DNA of 64,000 bases, taken from the NCBI GenBank assembly GCA_963666055.2, contig CAXWPH010000001.1:60791-124790 (forward strand). Direction: 5' to 3'. A program made the position numbers and the translations under genes. The stretch's first letter is position 1; every line of letters begins with the position of its first letter. Of this stretch, positions 37,496-47,037 are shown one piece after another. Origin of the DNA: Acidobacteriota bacterium (lineage in GTDB: Bacteria; Acidobacteriota; UBA890; WLXD01). Below the pieces are notes generated by a model. That model was given only the letters and a program-made list of their open reading frames with translations, did not search any database and was not told the DNA's origin.

Positions 37496-38381
37496 CGGTG
37501 CCACAGCTGTCTCGACAAACTTCCGCCGTATCGGGATCGTTGCGAAGCGCGGCGACCTCAGCCTGGCTCGGGCCCTCCAAGACCTACTGGAGAGGCTGGA
37601 CGCCCGGAACATCGAGGTACAGCTCGATAGCGAGGCTGCCAGGATGCTGAACACTGGTGATAGTGGTGTTGAGCGACCAGAGCTCGCCGCTCGAGTCGAC
37701 CTGCTAGTGGTACTCGGTGGCGACGGTACGCTGCTGTCGATCGCTCGGTTCGCGGCGGCCGCCGGCGTCCCGGTCCTCGGGGTCAACTACGGCGGTCTCG
37801 GGTTCCTTACCGCGACCCCGCGCGACGAGCTCATTGAGGCGACCGAGAGCATCCTCGACGGACGTTACGTCAGCAGCGAGCGAAGCATGCTCCGCGCCGA
37901 GCTGGCGGGCGCAGCACGTGCTCAGCCAGTACAGCATGACGTGCTCAACGACGCGGTAATCAACAAGACCGACCTGGCGCGGATTGTCGAACTGACCGCC
38001 ATGGTCAACGACGATCTGGTGAGCTCGTTCGCCTCCGATGGGCTGATCATTTGCACCACAACCGGCTCGACCGCTTATTCGCTCGCCGCCGGCGGACCCA
38101 TCGTCATGCCAGAGGTCGATGCGATCGTTCTGACACCGATTTGCCCGCACACCTTGACCAACCGCCCGCTCGTGCTACCAGGTGACGCTGTGGTGCAGAT
38201 TCGCCACGAGTCGCGTGACCAGGAGGTTATCCTCACCCTGGATGGGCAGGCCGGTTTCAAGCTGCATGCCGGCGAGACGGTAACCATCCGCAAGTCACCC
38301 CACGCTGTGCGTCTGCTCCAGCCGGTCCCGCGATCGTACTTCGATATCCTGCGCACCAAGCTGCAGTGGGGGTCACGATGA
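37488..38381 (+). CDS. nadK: NAD kinase
   Basis: LGGDGT, LND, TGSTAYSLAAGGP. Confidence 0.95.
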   Translation: MIDGATAVSTNFRRIGIVAKRGDLSLARALQDLLERLDARNIEVQLDSEAARMLNTGDSGVERPELAARVDLLVVLGGDGTLLSIARFAAAAGVPVLGVNYGGLGFLTATPRDELIEATESILDGRYVSSERSMLRAELAGAARAQPVQHDVLNDAVINKTDLARIVELTAMVNDDLVSSFASDGLIICTTTGSTAYSLAAGGPIVMPEVDAIVLTPICPHTLTNRPLVLPGDAVVQIRHESRDQEVILTLDGQAGFKLHAGETVTIRKSPHAVRLLQPVPRSYFDILRTKLQWGSR

Positions 38382-39565
38382 ACTGGCGGCGGCAGGGCTC
38401 GCTGGCGCTCGGGCTCGGCCTCGCCATGCTGTCAGCTGCTTGCGGCGGGAGGGGCGTCATCGACCCCCTTGCGCCGGTTCCCGTTCGGGTGGCACCGACG
38501 GACGTGGAGCCGGTGGCGCTGCGCGAACATTGGAACATCCGGTTTGAGCTCGACATCGACGACGACGACGAACCGGACGCCCCATCGCAGGCGCCGGCAC
38601 TGGGTACCAGCGCAGTGTTCATCGCATACAGGACCCAGATGCTGGCTCGCGATCGGAACAACGGCAACATGCTGTGGCAACTGCGCATGGCATCCGAGAT
38701 CACCCTGGCGCCGATCGCCATCGACGACGGCGTCCTCATCGCCACCGAGGAACGTTGGCTTTGGCTTGACGCACTCGGCCGCACCAAGACCGCGCTCGAC
38801 TTCGAGGCGACCCCCCTCGACACCGCCACCATCGGTCGACGCATCTATGTGGCCGACCCCGACGGTGTCTATGCGTTACGACTCAACGACGAGGGCGCGT
38901 CATCTATCGTGCAGGTCTGGCGCACGGAGTTGGAGGGCGTTAGCTTTCTGACCGCCAGCCCCCCCGACGAGCGCATATTCGTGGTCACGGCACAGGGGCG
39001 CGTCCTCGCTCTCAACGTACGCGACGGCCAGGTGCTCTGGAACAGCGACAGCGTCGAGGCTGGCGGGCCCCGCCCCAGCGCCATCGCCGGCACGCTCTTC
39101 GTCGTCGCCAGCGATTACCGGATCGTCGCCCTCAAGGCCGAAAACGGTAAGCGGCGCTGGAGGAGCAAGGAGATCGGTGTTCGTGTTACGGGCGCACCGG
39201 CGGTTGTCGACAATCTCGTATGGGTTGCCGGACTCGATGCGGCGCTGCATGGCTACGCCGTCGATGGCGGTAGCCACAAGCACCGGGTACCGCTTGCGGG
39301 ACGCACCTACGCCGACCTGGTCGTCTGGGGTCGATGGGTCATCGCCAGCCCACAAACGGGGCCGTGGACCCTGGTGCGGGGGCCGCTGCGCGCCAACGGC
39401 CCGGCGGATCCGGGATTTCCACGCGTCGTGATGTTGGCCGCCGAAAGCGACCTCAGGTTGCCACCCGGAGTAGGCCCAGGTGGCGTGGCCGTCGTGGAAA
39501 ACAGCGGCACGGTGCGGCTATTCACGCCCCAGCGCGGACCCGAGCCACGAGCCGAGGACCAGTAA
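38378..39565 (+). CDS. PQQ-like beta-propeller lipoprotein (BamB-like)
   Basis: Lipobox LSAAC, xGxxxW repeats; ATGA overlap with nadK. Confidence 0.7.
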   Translation: MNWRRQGSLALGLGLAMLSAACGGRGVIDPLAPVPVRVAPTDVEPVALREHWNIRFELDIDDDDEPDAPSQAPALGTSAVFIAYRTQMLARDRNNGNMLWQLRMASEITLAPIAIDDGVLIATEERWLWLDALGRTKTALDFEATPLDTATIGRRIYVADPDGVYALRLNDEGASSIVQVWRTELEGVSFLTASPPDERIFVVTAQGRVLALNVRDGQVLWNSDSVEAGGPRPSAIAGTLFVVASDYRIVALKAENGKRRWRSKEIGVRVTGAPAVVDNLVWVAGLDAALHGYAVDGGSHKHRVPLAGRTYADLVVWGRWVIASPQTGPWTLVRGPLRANGPADPGFPRVVMLAAESDLRLPPGVGPGGVAVVENSGTVRLFTPQRGPEPRAEDQ

Positions 39566-39584
39566 CCGCCTTCGCGACTCCGCC

Positions 39585-40016
39585 CTACTGGGCGGCTTGC
39601 TTGAGCTCCACCAGGAGGCCGCCAACTGACCGTGGGTGAAGAAAAGCGATACGCGAGCCGCGAGCTCCCGGACGGGGCTTGTGGTCGATCAGATCGAGCC
39701 CGGCTCGCCTGGCGGCCGCCAGGGCAGCAACCACATCGTCGACTCGAAAACAGATGTGATGCAGCGCCTCGCCGCGTTTGCCAAGGAATCTCGCCAACGA
39801 TGTGTCGTCGGCCATCGGGCAAATGAGCTCGATACTCGTCTGCCCGGGGAGCTCGAGAAACCCGACCTCCACATCGGCACCAGCGATTTCTTCCCGATGC
39901 GAGAGCTCCACACCGAATGGCCTGCCGAGGCGCTTTGCCGCCGCCTCGAGGTCGTGAACAGCGATCGCAACGTGATCGAGAGGGCCCACCGGTATGGCGT
40001 CGGCGTCGAACATCAT
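39585..40016 (-). CDS. mce: Methylmalonyl-CoA epimerase (VOC family)
   Basis: DHVAIAV, LHHICFRV, PRPGA, IAFLHP, LVEL. Confidence 0.88.
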   Translation of the reverse strand: MMFDADAIPVGPLDHVAIAVHDLEAAAKRLGRPFGVELSHREEIAGADVEVGFLELPGQTSIELICPMADDTSLARFLGKRGEALHHICFRVDDVVAALAAARRAGLDLIDHKPRPGARGSRIAFLHPRSVGGLLVELKQAAQ

Positions 40017-41191
40017 CTCAAACCGCCGCTGATGAGTTGTCGTGAAATAACCATTCGCTGGATCTCCGATGTTCCTTCGCCGATAGTGCATAGTTTTGCG
40101 TCGCGGAAGTACTTCTCGACCGGATAGTCCTTCACGTAACCGTATCCGCCATAGATCTGGACCGCCGCTTCGGCAGCGCGCATGCCGACCTCGGAGGCAT
40201 AGAGTTTCGCCATCGACGCGGCGCTCTTGAACGGCCTGCCGACCTCACGCAGCATCGCCGCGCGCCTCACCATGAGGCGCGCCGCTCCGACTTCGGCAAC
40301 CATTCGGGCCAACTTGTGACGAACGGCCTCGAAACTACCAATCGGACGTCCGAATTGTCGTCGCTCGTGTACGTAGTCCACCGCTGCGTCGAGCGATGCC
40401 TGTCCGATGCCGACCGACAGCGCGCCGATACTGATACGACCCCGGTCAAGCACCTTGAGCGCATCGATAAAACCCCTGTCTCGCTTACCGAGCAGGTTCT
40501 CCGCCGGCACGGCGCAGTCCTCAAGCAGCAACTCGACAGTGTCGCTGGCGCGCATGCCGAGCTTGTCCTCCTTGCGACCGACGTGGTAACCGGCAGTGGC
40601 GCTCTCGACAGCGAACGCCGATATCCCCTTGTTTCCGCGGCCGGCGGTGGTCACCGCGTGAATCACCGCAAGGTCTGCGCGGGCACCATTGGTGTTGAAA
40701 GTCTTGCAGCCGTTCAGAATCCACTTGCCGCTCGAGTCGTCGAACTCCGCGCGGGTCTGCGTACCGGCAGCGTCGGAGCCAGCGAGCGGCTCTGTGAGGC
40801 CCCAGCAGCCTATCCAATCACCGGCCGCCAGCCTCGGCAGGTAGCGTTGCCGTTGGTGCTCATCGGCAGCGATCATGAGGTGCCCGATACAGAGTCCGTT
40901 GTGGGCGGCCACCGACAGCGCCACCGACGGATCGACGCGCGCCAGCTCCTCGATTACGATGGCGAGCTCTCGGGGGCCCATCCCCGCACCGTCGTATTGC
41001 TCCGGCACCATCACTCCCATGAAACCGAGCCCACCCATGCGTCGCAGCAGCTCGTCCGGGAAGTGTTGCGCCTCATCCCATTCGCGCACATGCGGGCGAA
41101 TTTCCGCTTCGGCGAACTCCCGCACGCTTTGCGCGATCAGGTCCTGGTCTTGGCCCGGGCCGAGATCAACAGGCTCGGTCACAGATGGCAT
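40013..41191 (-). CDS. Acyl-CoA dehydrogenase (canonical)
   Basis: LTEPLAGSD, KLGMRAS, LDRGRI, YGGYGY, IGEGTSEIQR with catalytic Glu. Confidence 0.93.
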   Translation of the reverse strand: MPSVTEPVDLGPGQDQDLIAQSVREFAEAEIRPHVREWDEAQHFPDELLRRMGGLGFMGVMVPEQYDGAGMGPRELAIVIEELARVDPSVALSVAAHNGLCIGHLMIAADEHQRQRYLPRLAAGDWIGCWGLTEPLAGSDAAGTQTRAEFDDSSGKWILNGCKTFNTNGARADLAVIHAVTTAGRGNKGISAFAVESATAGYHVGRKEDKLGMRASDTVELLLEDCAVPAENLLGKRDRGFIDALKVLDRGRISIGALSVGIGQASLDAAVDYVHERRQFGRPIGSFEAVRHKLARMVAEVGAARLMVRRAAMLREVGRPFKSAASMAKLYASEVGMRAAEAAVQIYGGYGYVKDYPVEKYFRDAKLCTIGEGTSEIQRMVISRQLISGGLR

Positions 41192-41349
41192 CAGAACGCT
41201 CGTCGTCTGAGGATGAGAAAGGTCGTGCCCTCTCGACCCTGGAAACGATTATAGCCGCCACCGCCCAGGCCAAGCTCTGGCTTGACCACGGCTCTACGCT
41301 CCGGGACACTCGCCTGGGGTGGGCACCGACTGGCCTGGGTGGACGAATC

Positions 41350-42195
41350 ATGTCTGGTGAACAATCGGCCGATCTACACGCACACACGACTTGCTCGGAC
41401 GGCGTTCTCACACCCGAGGAGCTGGTGGTGGCGGCTGTCGAGGCCGAGCTTGACGTGCTTGCCATCACCGATCACGACACCGTCAGCGGCGTGGCCCCGG
41501 CGCAGCGCGCTGCGAACAGTACGACCGTCGAGATTATCCCCGGCATCGAGCTTTCCAGCCACGCGAAAGGGCGCGAGATTCACATGCTGGGCTTGTTCAT
41601 TGAACCGGCGACCCCGGAGCTCGGCAAACTGGCCGAGCGGCAGCGGGCCTTTCGCGCCGAGCGCGCCGAGGTAATGGTCGCACGCCTCCAGACGCTCGGA
41701 GTTTCAATCGACTTCGAGGCGGTTGCTGACATCGCGGCGGGCGCCCCGATCGGACGACCGCACATGGCGGCTGCGCTGGTACGAGCCGGGGTTGTCGCCG
41801 CCCCGCAGGAGGCCTTCGACCGCTATCTGGGCATCGGCCGCCCAGCATTCGTACCGAAACAGTCGACGAGCGCTGCGGATGCCATCTCCACGATTCACCG
41901 TGCGGGCGGAATCGCCGTAGTCGCGCACCCGGGAAGCAGCCGCGTCCGCGCAACGTTGCTCGGCGAGCTCACCACGCAAGGCCTCGACGGCATTGAGGTA
42001 CGGCATCCACGACATCCGCCGAGACGCGAACGTAGCCTGTTGGAATTGTGCGAGCGGCTCGGTTTGCTACCATCGGGAGGATCTGACTTCCATGGTCCGG
42101 GGCGCGGCGATACACGGCTGGGCCAACACCGGATTCCCATCCAATGGAGCGAACGCTTGCGCGACCGGGCCGAACAACGTCGTGCGGCCGGCTAG
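41350..42195 (+). CDS. PHP-domain phosphoesterase (TrpH/YciV-like)
   Basis: [31 protein letters not shown]. Confidence 0.92.
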   Translation: MSGEQSADLHAHTTCSDGVLTPEELVVAAVEAELDVLAITDHDTVSGVAPAQRAANSTTVEIIPGIELSSHAKGREIHMLGLFIEPATPELGKLAERQRAFRAERAEVMVARLQTLGVSIDFEAVADIAAGAPIGRPHMAAALVRAGVVAAPQEAFDRYLGIGRPAFVPKQSTSAADAISTIHRAGGIAVVAHPGSSRVRATLLGELTTQGLDGIEVRHPRHPPRRERSLLELCERLGLLPSGGSDFHGPGRGDTRLGQHRIPIQWSERLRDRAEQRRAAG

Positions 42196-42206
42196 GAGTT
42201 GAACGA

Positions 42207-42764
42207 ATGAGCATCAAACCTGACACTTGGATCAGGAAGATGGCTGTCGAACAGCGCATGATCGAGCCATTCCAGGAAACCCAGGTGTCGGGCGGGATCA
42301 TCTCCTACGGGGTTTCATCGTACGGATACGATCTCCGAATCGCCGAGGAATTCCAGATTTTCACCAACGTGCGGAGCACGGTGGTTGACCCGAAGTCGTT
42401 CGACGTGAACTCGATGGTGGTCGAGTACGAGGGGCCGGAGTGCATCATCCCGCCCAACTCGTTCGCACTTGCGCGGTCGCTCGAGTACTTCCGCATCCCG
42501 CGTGACGTGCTGGTGATTTGCGTCGGTAAGTCGACCTATGCGCGTTGCGGAATCATTACCAACGTCACCCCGTTGGAGCCGGAGTGGGAGGGTCATATCA
42601 CCCTGGAGATCTCCAATACCACGCCCCTGCCGGCGCGGATCTATGCCAACGAGGGCATTGCGCAGTTGCTGTTCTTCGAGGGCAGTCCGACCTGTGAGAC
42701 CTCTTATGCTGACCGCCGTGGCAAGTACCAGGCACAGACGGGCATCACCGCACCACGCATCTAG
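42207..42764 (+). CDS. dcd: dCTP deaminase
   Basis: [34 protein letters not shown]. Confidence 0.95.
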   Translation: MSIKPDTWIRKMAVEQRMIEPFQETQVSGGIISYGVSSYGYDLRIAEEFQIFTNVRSTVVDPKSFDVNSMVVEYEGPECIIPPNSFALARSLEYFRIPRDVLVICVGKSTYARCGIITNVTPLEPEWEGHITLEISNTTPLPARIYANEGIAQLLFFEGSPTCETSYADRRGKYQAQTGITAPRI

Positions 42765-43039
42765 CAGGCCGTGGTGGAAGCATGGCGGGTCTGGCGACAG
42801 GGTCTGGCGAGGCGCAGGCAAGGAGAGAGGAGGAAGCGATGGTTACCCAATCGTTGACGTCGAACGACGTAGCAGACGCGCGCAACCCCCTGTCGCCCGA
42901 AGGGTTAGGGCGATTTGGGGTCATCTGCGGCGTGGGCCTTCCTCGACGATCGCGGGAGCATCGCCAGCGTCAGGCTGCCTTCCATCTGGCCCCAACTCGC
43001 CCCAACCAGGCCCACCACACTTACACCACGGCCTGCTAG
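42761..43039. mobile_element. 279-bp MITE-like element
   Basis: Terminal inverted repeats CTAGCAGGCCGTGGTG / CACCACGGCCTGCTAG; reverse-complement homolog of 46733-47011; first CTAG contains the dcd stop. Confidence 0.85.
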
Positions 43040-43063
43040 CCTCGACGCACCGGAGCCAACCCG

Positions 43064-44554
43064 ATGACCGAAATCGACATTCGTGTGGGCGGCCCTCTTG
43101 CGGCTGATCTCGACACTGATGCCCTGATACTCCCCTACCCTGCCTCTTCCGGAGCCGCCCCCTGGGAGGGCCTGGACGAACAGGTTGGCGGCTTGATCGC
43201 CTCGGCGTTGAACGGCCCAGCGTTTAACGGCAAGGCCGGCCGATGTCTCCATGTTCCCCTTCGGGCCGAGGCCGGACCCCGTGAGCTCATCCTCGTGGGG
43301 CTCGGAAAGCCAGCCGAGGTCAACCTGGAATCGTGGCGCCGCGCCGTCGCACGTGGCGCTGCCGCTGCACGCCGACACGGGGCACGCCGCCTGGCCGTCG
43401 CCCTTCGACCCGACATCGCCTCAGAGGAGAGCATCGCAGCGGCAACCGCGGAGGCAGTGCTACTCGGCGAGTATCGCTTCACCGAGTTCAAGAAGCCCGA
43501 AGACGACGAGACGGTGATCGCTGACCTCTGGATTGTCGGAGTGTCCGACAGCGTGGAGCCCGAGGTGGGCGTCGCCACCACCGTCGCCCGTGCCACCTGC
43601 TGGGCCCGCGACCTGATCAACACCTCACCAAGCGACAAGCGTCCCCCCGCCCTGGCCGCGATGGCTCAGCAGATGGCCTCCGAGGCCGGTCTCGATTGCA
43701 ACATCATCGACGAAGCTGCGGCTCGCGATCTGGGGATGACCGCCCTGCTGGCGGTAGCGCGTGGCTCTTCCGTCGAGCCACGGGTCGTCGTGCTCGAGCA
43801 TGCCGGAGCGGATCCAGATTCTGACCCTATCGTGATCGTCGGGAAGGGCGTGACGTTCGACACCGGCGGTATCTCGCTAAAGCCCGCAACTGCGATGGAC
43901 GAGATGAAGTCCGATATGTCGGGCGCCGCAGCCACCTTGGGGACCCTGCGCGCAGTCGCGGAGCTCGACCTTCCCATGCGCGTTGTCGGTGTCGTACCCA
44001 TGGCGGAGAACATGCCGGGCGGCAACAGCTACCGACCGGGCGACCTGATACGCGCTTATGGCGGCACCACGATCGAGGTGATCAACACGGATGCAGAGGG
44101 GCGCTTGATCCTTGCCGATGCGCTCGCCTACGCGTGCGAGCGTTTCCAACCGCGCTGTATCGTCGATCTCGCTACGTTGACGGGCGCCTGTGTGGTGGCG
44201 CTGGGCGAGGATGTCGCCGGGCTGATGGACAACGATGCTGACCTTGCCGCCGAGCTCCTGGCGGCCGGCGAACGCGTCGGTGAATCCGTGTGGCGGATGC
44301 CGATGTTTCCGCACTACGCCAAGATGATCGACAGCAAGGTCGCCGACATCAAGAACAGCGGCGCCCGCTGGGCCGGCGCCATTACCGCCGCTAAATTCCT
44401 GGAGCGATTTGTCGACGACGACACACCGTGGGCGCACCTGGATATCGCTGGCCCGGCGTACCGGACGAAGGCAACCCCTTACGTCCCGCGCGGTGGCGCC
44501 GGCTTCGGCGTGAGGCTGTTGGTGAGCTGGTTGCGGAGCCGGGCGCCGGCGTGA
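43064..44554 (+). CDS. pepA: Leucyl aminopeptidase (M17)
   Basis: GKGVTFDTGG, MKSDMSG, NTDAEGRL, TLTGA, WAHLDIAG. Confidence 0.96.
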   Translation: MTEIDIRVGGPLAADLDTDALILPYPASSGAAPWEGLDEQVGGLIASALNGPAFNGKAGRCLHVPLRAEAGPRELILVGLGKPAEVNLESWRRAVARGAAAARRHGARRLAVALRPDIASEESIAAATAEAVLLGEYRFTEFKKPEDDETVIADLWIVGVSDSVEPEVGVATTVARATCWARDLINTSPSDKRPPALAAMAQQMASEAGLDCNIIDEAAARDLGMTALLAVARGSSVEPRVVVLEHAGADPDSDPIVIVGKGVTFDTGGISLKPATAMDEMKSDMSGAAATLGTLRAVAELDLPMRVVGVVPMAENMPGGNSYRPGDLIRAYGGTTIEVINTDAEGRLILADALAYACERFQPRCIVDLATLTGACVVALGEDVAGLMDNDADLAAELLAAGERVGESVWRMPMFPHYAKMIDSKVADIKNSGARWAGAITAAKFLERFVDDDTPWAHLDIAGPAYRTKATPYVPRGGAGFGVRLLVSWLRSRAPA

Positions 44555-45579
44555 AGCAGGGGCCGTCACGATCAGTCGCCAACCTCGAGCGGCTCCGGAG
44601 GGCTTTCCAGACGGCGCCGTCGGCGGTCATCTTGACGCACGACAATCCCGATCCTGATGCGCTCGCCAGCGCCTTCGCCCTCCGCCTCCTCCTCGAGCGC
44701 GCTTGCGCCACGACGGCGCGAGTGGCGTTCTCGGGCTCAATCGGACGCGCCGAGAACCGTGCGATGGTCCACGTGCTCGGCCTGGACCCAGAGCCGTTGT
44801 CTACGCTCGACCTCAGCGAGGTGCCTGCCTTCGCCATGGTCGACACGCAGCCGGGCACCGGCAACAACTCCTGGATCGACGAGTGGCCCCTGATCGCTGT
44901 CTTCGACCACCACCCGCTGAAGTTCGATCCTGATACGGTCGCCTTCGCTGACGTTCGTCAACACTACGGCGCCACGGCAACGATGATGCTCGAGTACCTC
45001 GATGCGGGCGAGCTGGAGTTGCCGGCCAACCTCGCTACCGCGATGTTTTACGCCATCCGGTCGGAGACACTCGATTTGGGTCGCGAGGCGGGGGACGCTG
45101 ATCGAGAGGCTTACTTCCGATTGCTCGAGCAGGCCGACCTGGTTTCGGTTGCGCGTATCCAACGCGCGCCCGTACCGCGCGAGTACTTCAGCGCGTTCCA
45201 TCAAGCCATCGAGCGCGCCCTCATACACGACAAAGTCGTGATCACGGACCTGCAGGCCGTGGCCTCCCCCGACATCGTTGCCGAGATCGCCGACTTCCTT
45301 CTGCGTCTCCAGGACACGGAATGGTCTTGCTGCATCGGGCAGCATCGAAACGATCTGGTCGTCTCGCTCCGCACCACCGATCCTTTCGCCCACGCTGGGC
45401 GCTTCATTCGACGTATCGTTGCCGGGCTAGGTACGGCAGGCGGCCACGGAACGATGGCGGGCGGACAGGTCCCGGTTGCCGACGGCGGCTACAACGACAT
45501 GGCGGAGACCATCACCCGCCGCCTGCTGAAGGCGCTTGGGCAGGACCCCGTTCCAGGGGAGCCACTGGTACGCAGCTGA
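44551..45579 (+). CDS. DHH family phosphoesterase
   Basis: HDNPDPDA, VDT, DHH, AGGH. Confidence 0.9.
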   Translation: MKQGPSRSVANLERLRRAFQTAPSAVILTHDNPDPDALASAFALRLLLERACATTARVAFSGSIGRAENRAMVHVLGLDPEPLSTLDLSEVPAFAMVDTQPGTGNNSWIDEWPLIAVFDHHPLKFDPDTVAFADVRQHYGATATMMLEYLDAGELELPANLATAMFYAIRSETLDLGREAGDADREAYFRLLEQADLVSVARIQRAPVPREYFSAFHQAIERALIHDKVVITDLQAVASPDIVAEIADFLLRLQDTEWSCCIGQHRNDLVVSLRTTDPFAHAGRFIRRIVAGLGTAGGHGTMAGGQVPVADGGYNDMAETITRRLLKALGQDPVPGEPLVRS

Positions 45580-45604
45580 GCTTGGCGGTAGCTTCGAAAC
45601 GCCC

Positions 45605-46201
45605 TTATTGCTCGGCGATTCCAACCCGGTTCCAGAAGCCGAGGAAATACTGCACCGCGGAGATCGCCGCCAGCGAGACAACTACCCACAGGGCGATGTG
45701 CCCCGGCACCTCGAGCCAATCGAAGCGTGCGCGCAGGATCAAGATCGACACCGCCACAACCTGCGCGCCCAACTTGTACTTCCCCACCGTACCGGCCGGG
45801 ATGATGATGTTTCGAGACGCCGCGACCGCTCGAAGACCGGTCACCGCGAGATCTCGGCCAATGATCACGACGACCATCCATGCCGGTGCCAGGCCAAGCT
45901 GGACCAGGGAGACGAATGCCGCCGAGATCAGCAGTTTGTCGGCCACCGGGTCGAGAAGTTGCCCCAACGTGGTTACCTGGCTGTGCTTGCGAGCCAGATG
46001 ACCGTCGAGCCAGTCAGTGAGCGAGGCCGCCAGGAAGACGGTGAGCCCGGCCCAGGCGTAGCGGGTCAGGAGAAACGCCACCAACAACGGAACCAGGAAG
46101 ATCCGCAGCAACGTGAGCGCGTTGGGTAGTGTCCACAGTAGGTTGACCGTTGTGCGACCCGCCCCTGCGACTGTCTCTGAGTATTTGGAATCGCTGCTCA
46201 T
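45605..46201 (-). CDS. pgsA: CDP-diacylglycerol--glycerol-3-phosphate 3-phosphatidyltransferase
   Basis: LPNALTLLR, TDWLDGHLAR...GQLLDPVADK. Confidence 0.92.
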   Translation of the reverse strand: MSSDSKYSETVAGAGRTTVNLLWTLPNALTLLRIFLVPLLVAFLLTRYAWAGLTVFLAASLTDWLDGHLARKHSQVTTLGQLLDPVADKLLISAAFVSLVQLGLAPAWMVVVIIGRDLAVTGLRAVAASRNIIIPAGTVGKYKLGAQVVAVSILILRARFDWLEVPGHIALWVVVSLAAISAVQYFLGFWNRVGIAEQ

Positions 46202-46275
46202 CGTCGTGGGCCTAACAGATAGCGAATGTGGTCTCTGAGTTTAGCGGGCGCGGCGCTCCGAATAAAATAGGCGTC

Positions 46276-46653
46276 ATGGGCTCAACGACCACTCGAACTC
46301 GAATCCGCATTCAAGAGAGCTTTCCGGCCGCCCATCGTATTCGCATCGACGACCGAGGATCGCACGAGCCAATCCACGTTCACCATTGGCGAGTGGGGGC
46401 CGTCTTCGAACCTTCGGCGGGCAATGTCGAAGCGGCCGCACAGAAGGCGCAAGTGGTAATCGCCGACTGGGCACGACGGCATCGCGGACGAAGCCTCAAC
46501 GATGTGGCGCCATTCGACCAGCTGAGTCCCACGGCGGAACAAGTGGCTAGGCAGCTGGCGCATCTACTCATGCGTCGACTCCCCGGCCTGACGCTCATCG
46601 AGCTGACGATCGGTGAGGCAGCCGGGTACAGCGCAACGTATCGGCCCGGCTAG
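46276..46653 (+). CDS. 6-pyruvoyl tetrahydropterin synthase/QueD-fold protein, divergent
   Basis: FPAAH, EPIHVHHW, PTAEQVA, C-terminal Glu. Confidence 0.7.
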   Translation: MGSTTTRTRIRIQESFPAAHRIRIDDRGSHEPIHVHHWRVGAVFEPSAGNVEAAAQKAQVVIADWARRHRGRSLNDVAPFDQLSPTAEQVARQLAHLLMRRLPGLTLIELTIGEAAGYSATYRPG

Positions 46654-47011
46654 CAGGCCGTGGTGAAAGTGTGGTGGGTCTGGTTACGGCGAGTTGGGGC
46701 CAGATGCAAGGCGGCCTGACGCAGGCGATGCCCTAGCAGGCCGTGGTGGAAGTGTGGCGGGCCTGGTTGCGGCGAGTTGGGGCCAGATGGAAGGCGGCCT
46801 GACACTGGCGATGCCCTGGCCATCGTCGAGAAAGGCCAACGTCGCAGATGGCCCCAAATCACCGTAACCTTTTGGGCGACAGGGGGTTGCGCGCGTAGGC
46901 TGCATCGTTCCTCGTCAACGATGGGGTATCCATCGCCTCCTCCTCTCTCCTTGCCTGCACTTCGCAAGACCCTGTCGCCAGACCCACCACACTTTCACCA
47001 CGGCCTGCTAG
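46650..47011. mobile_element. Composite MITE-like element: 83-bp extra end (46650-46732) plus 279-bp copy (46733-47011)
   Basis: Three CTAG-CAGGCCGTGGTG ends; outer 34 bp are perfect inverted repeats; first CTAG contains the stop of the upstream gene. Confidence 0.85.
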
Positions 47012-47037
47012 TGTCGGGCGCGGGGGGAATTAGTCGA

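Noticed and set aside
42538-43107. ORFs 42538-43107, 42782-43039 and 46650-46967 with mutually similar peptides
   Set aside because: Similarity comes from the non-coding MITE; the matching peptides fall in different frames between copies and no transposase motif is visible
46650-46830. Two direct repeats 83 bp apart resembling a mini CRISPR array
   Set aside because: The intervening sequences are homologous to each other rather than unique spacers, the repeats are MITE ends, and no cas genes are present
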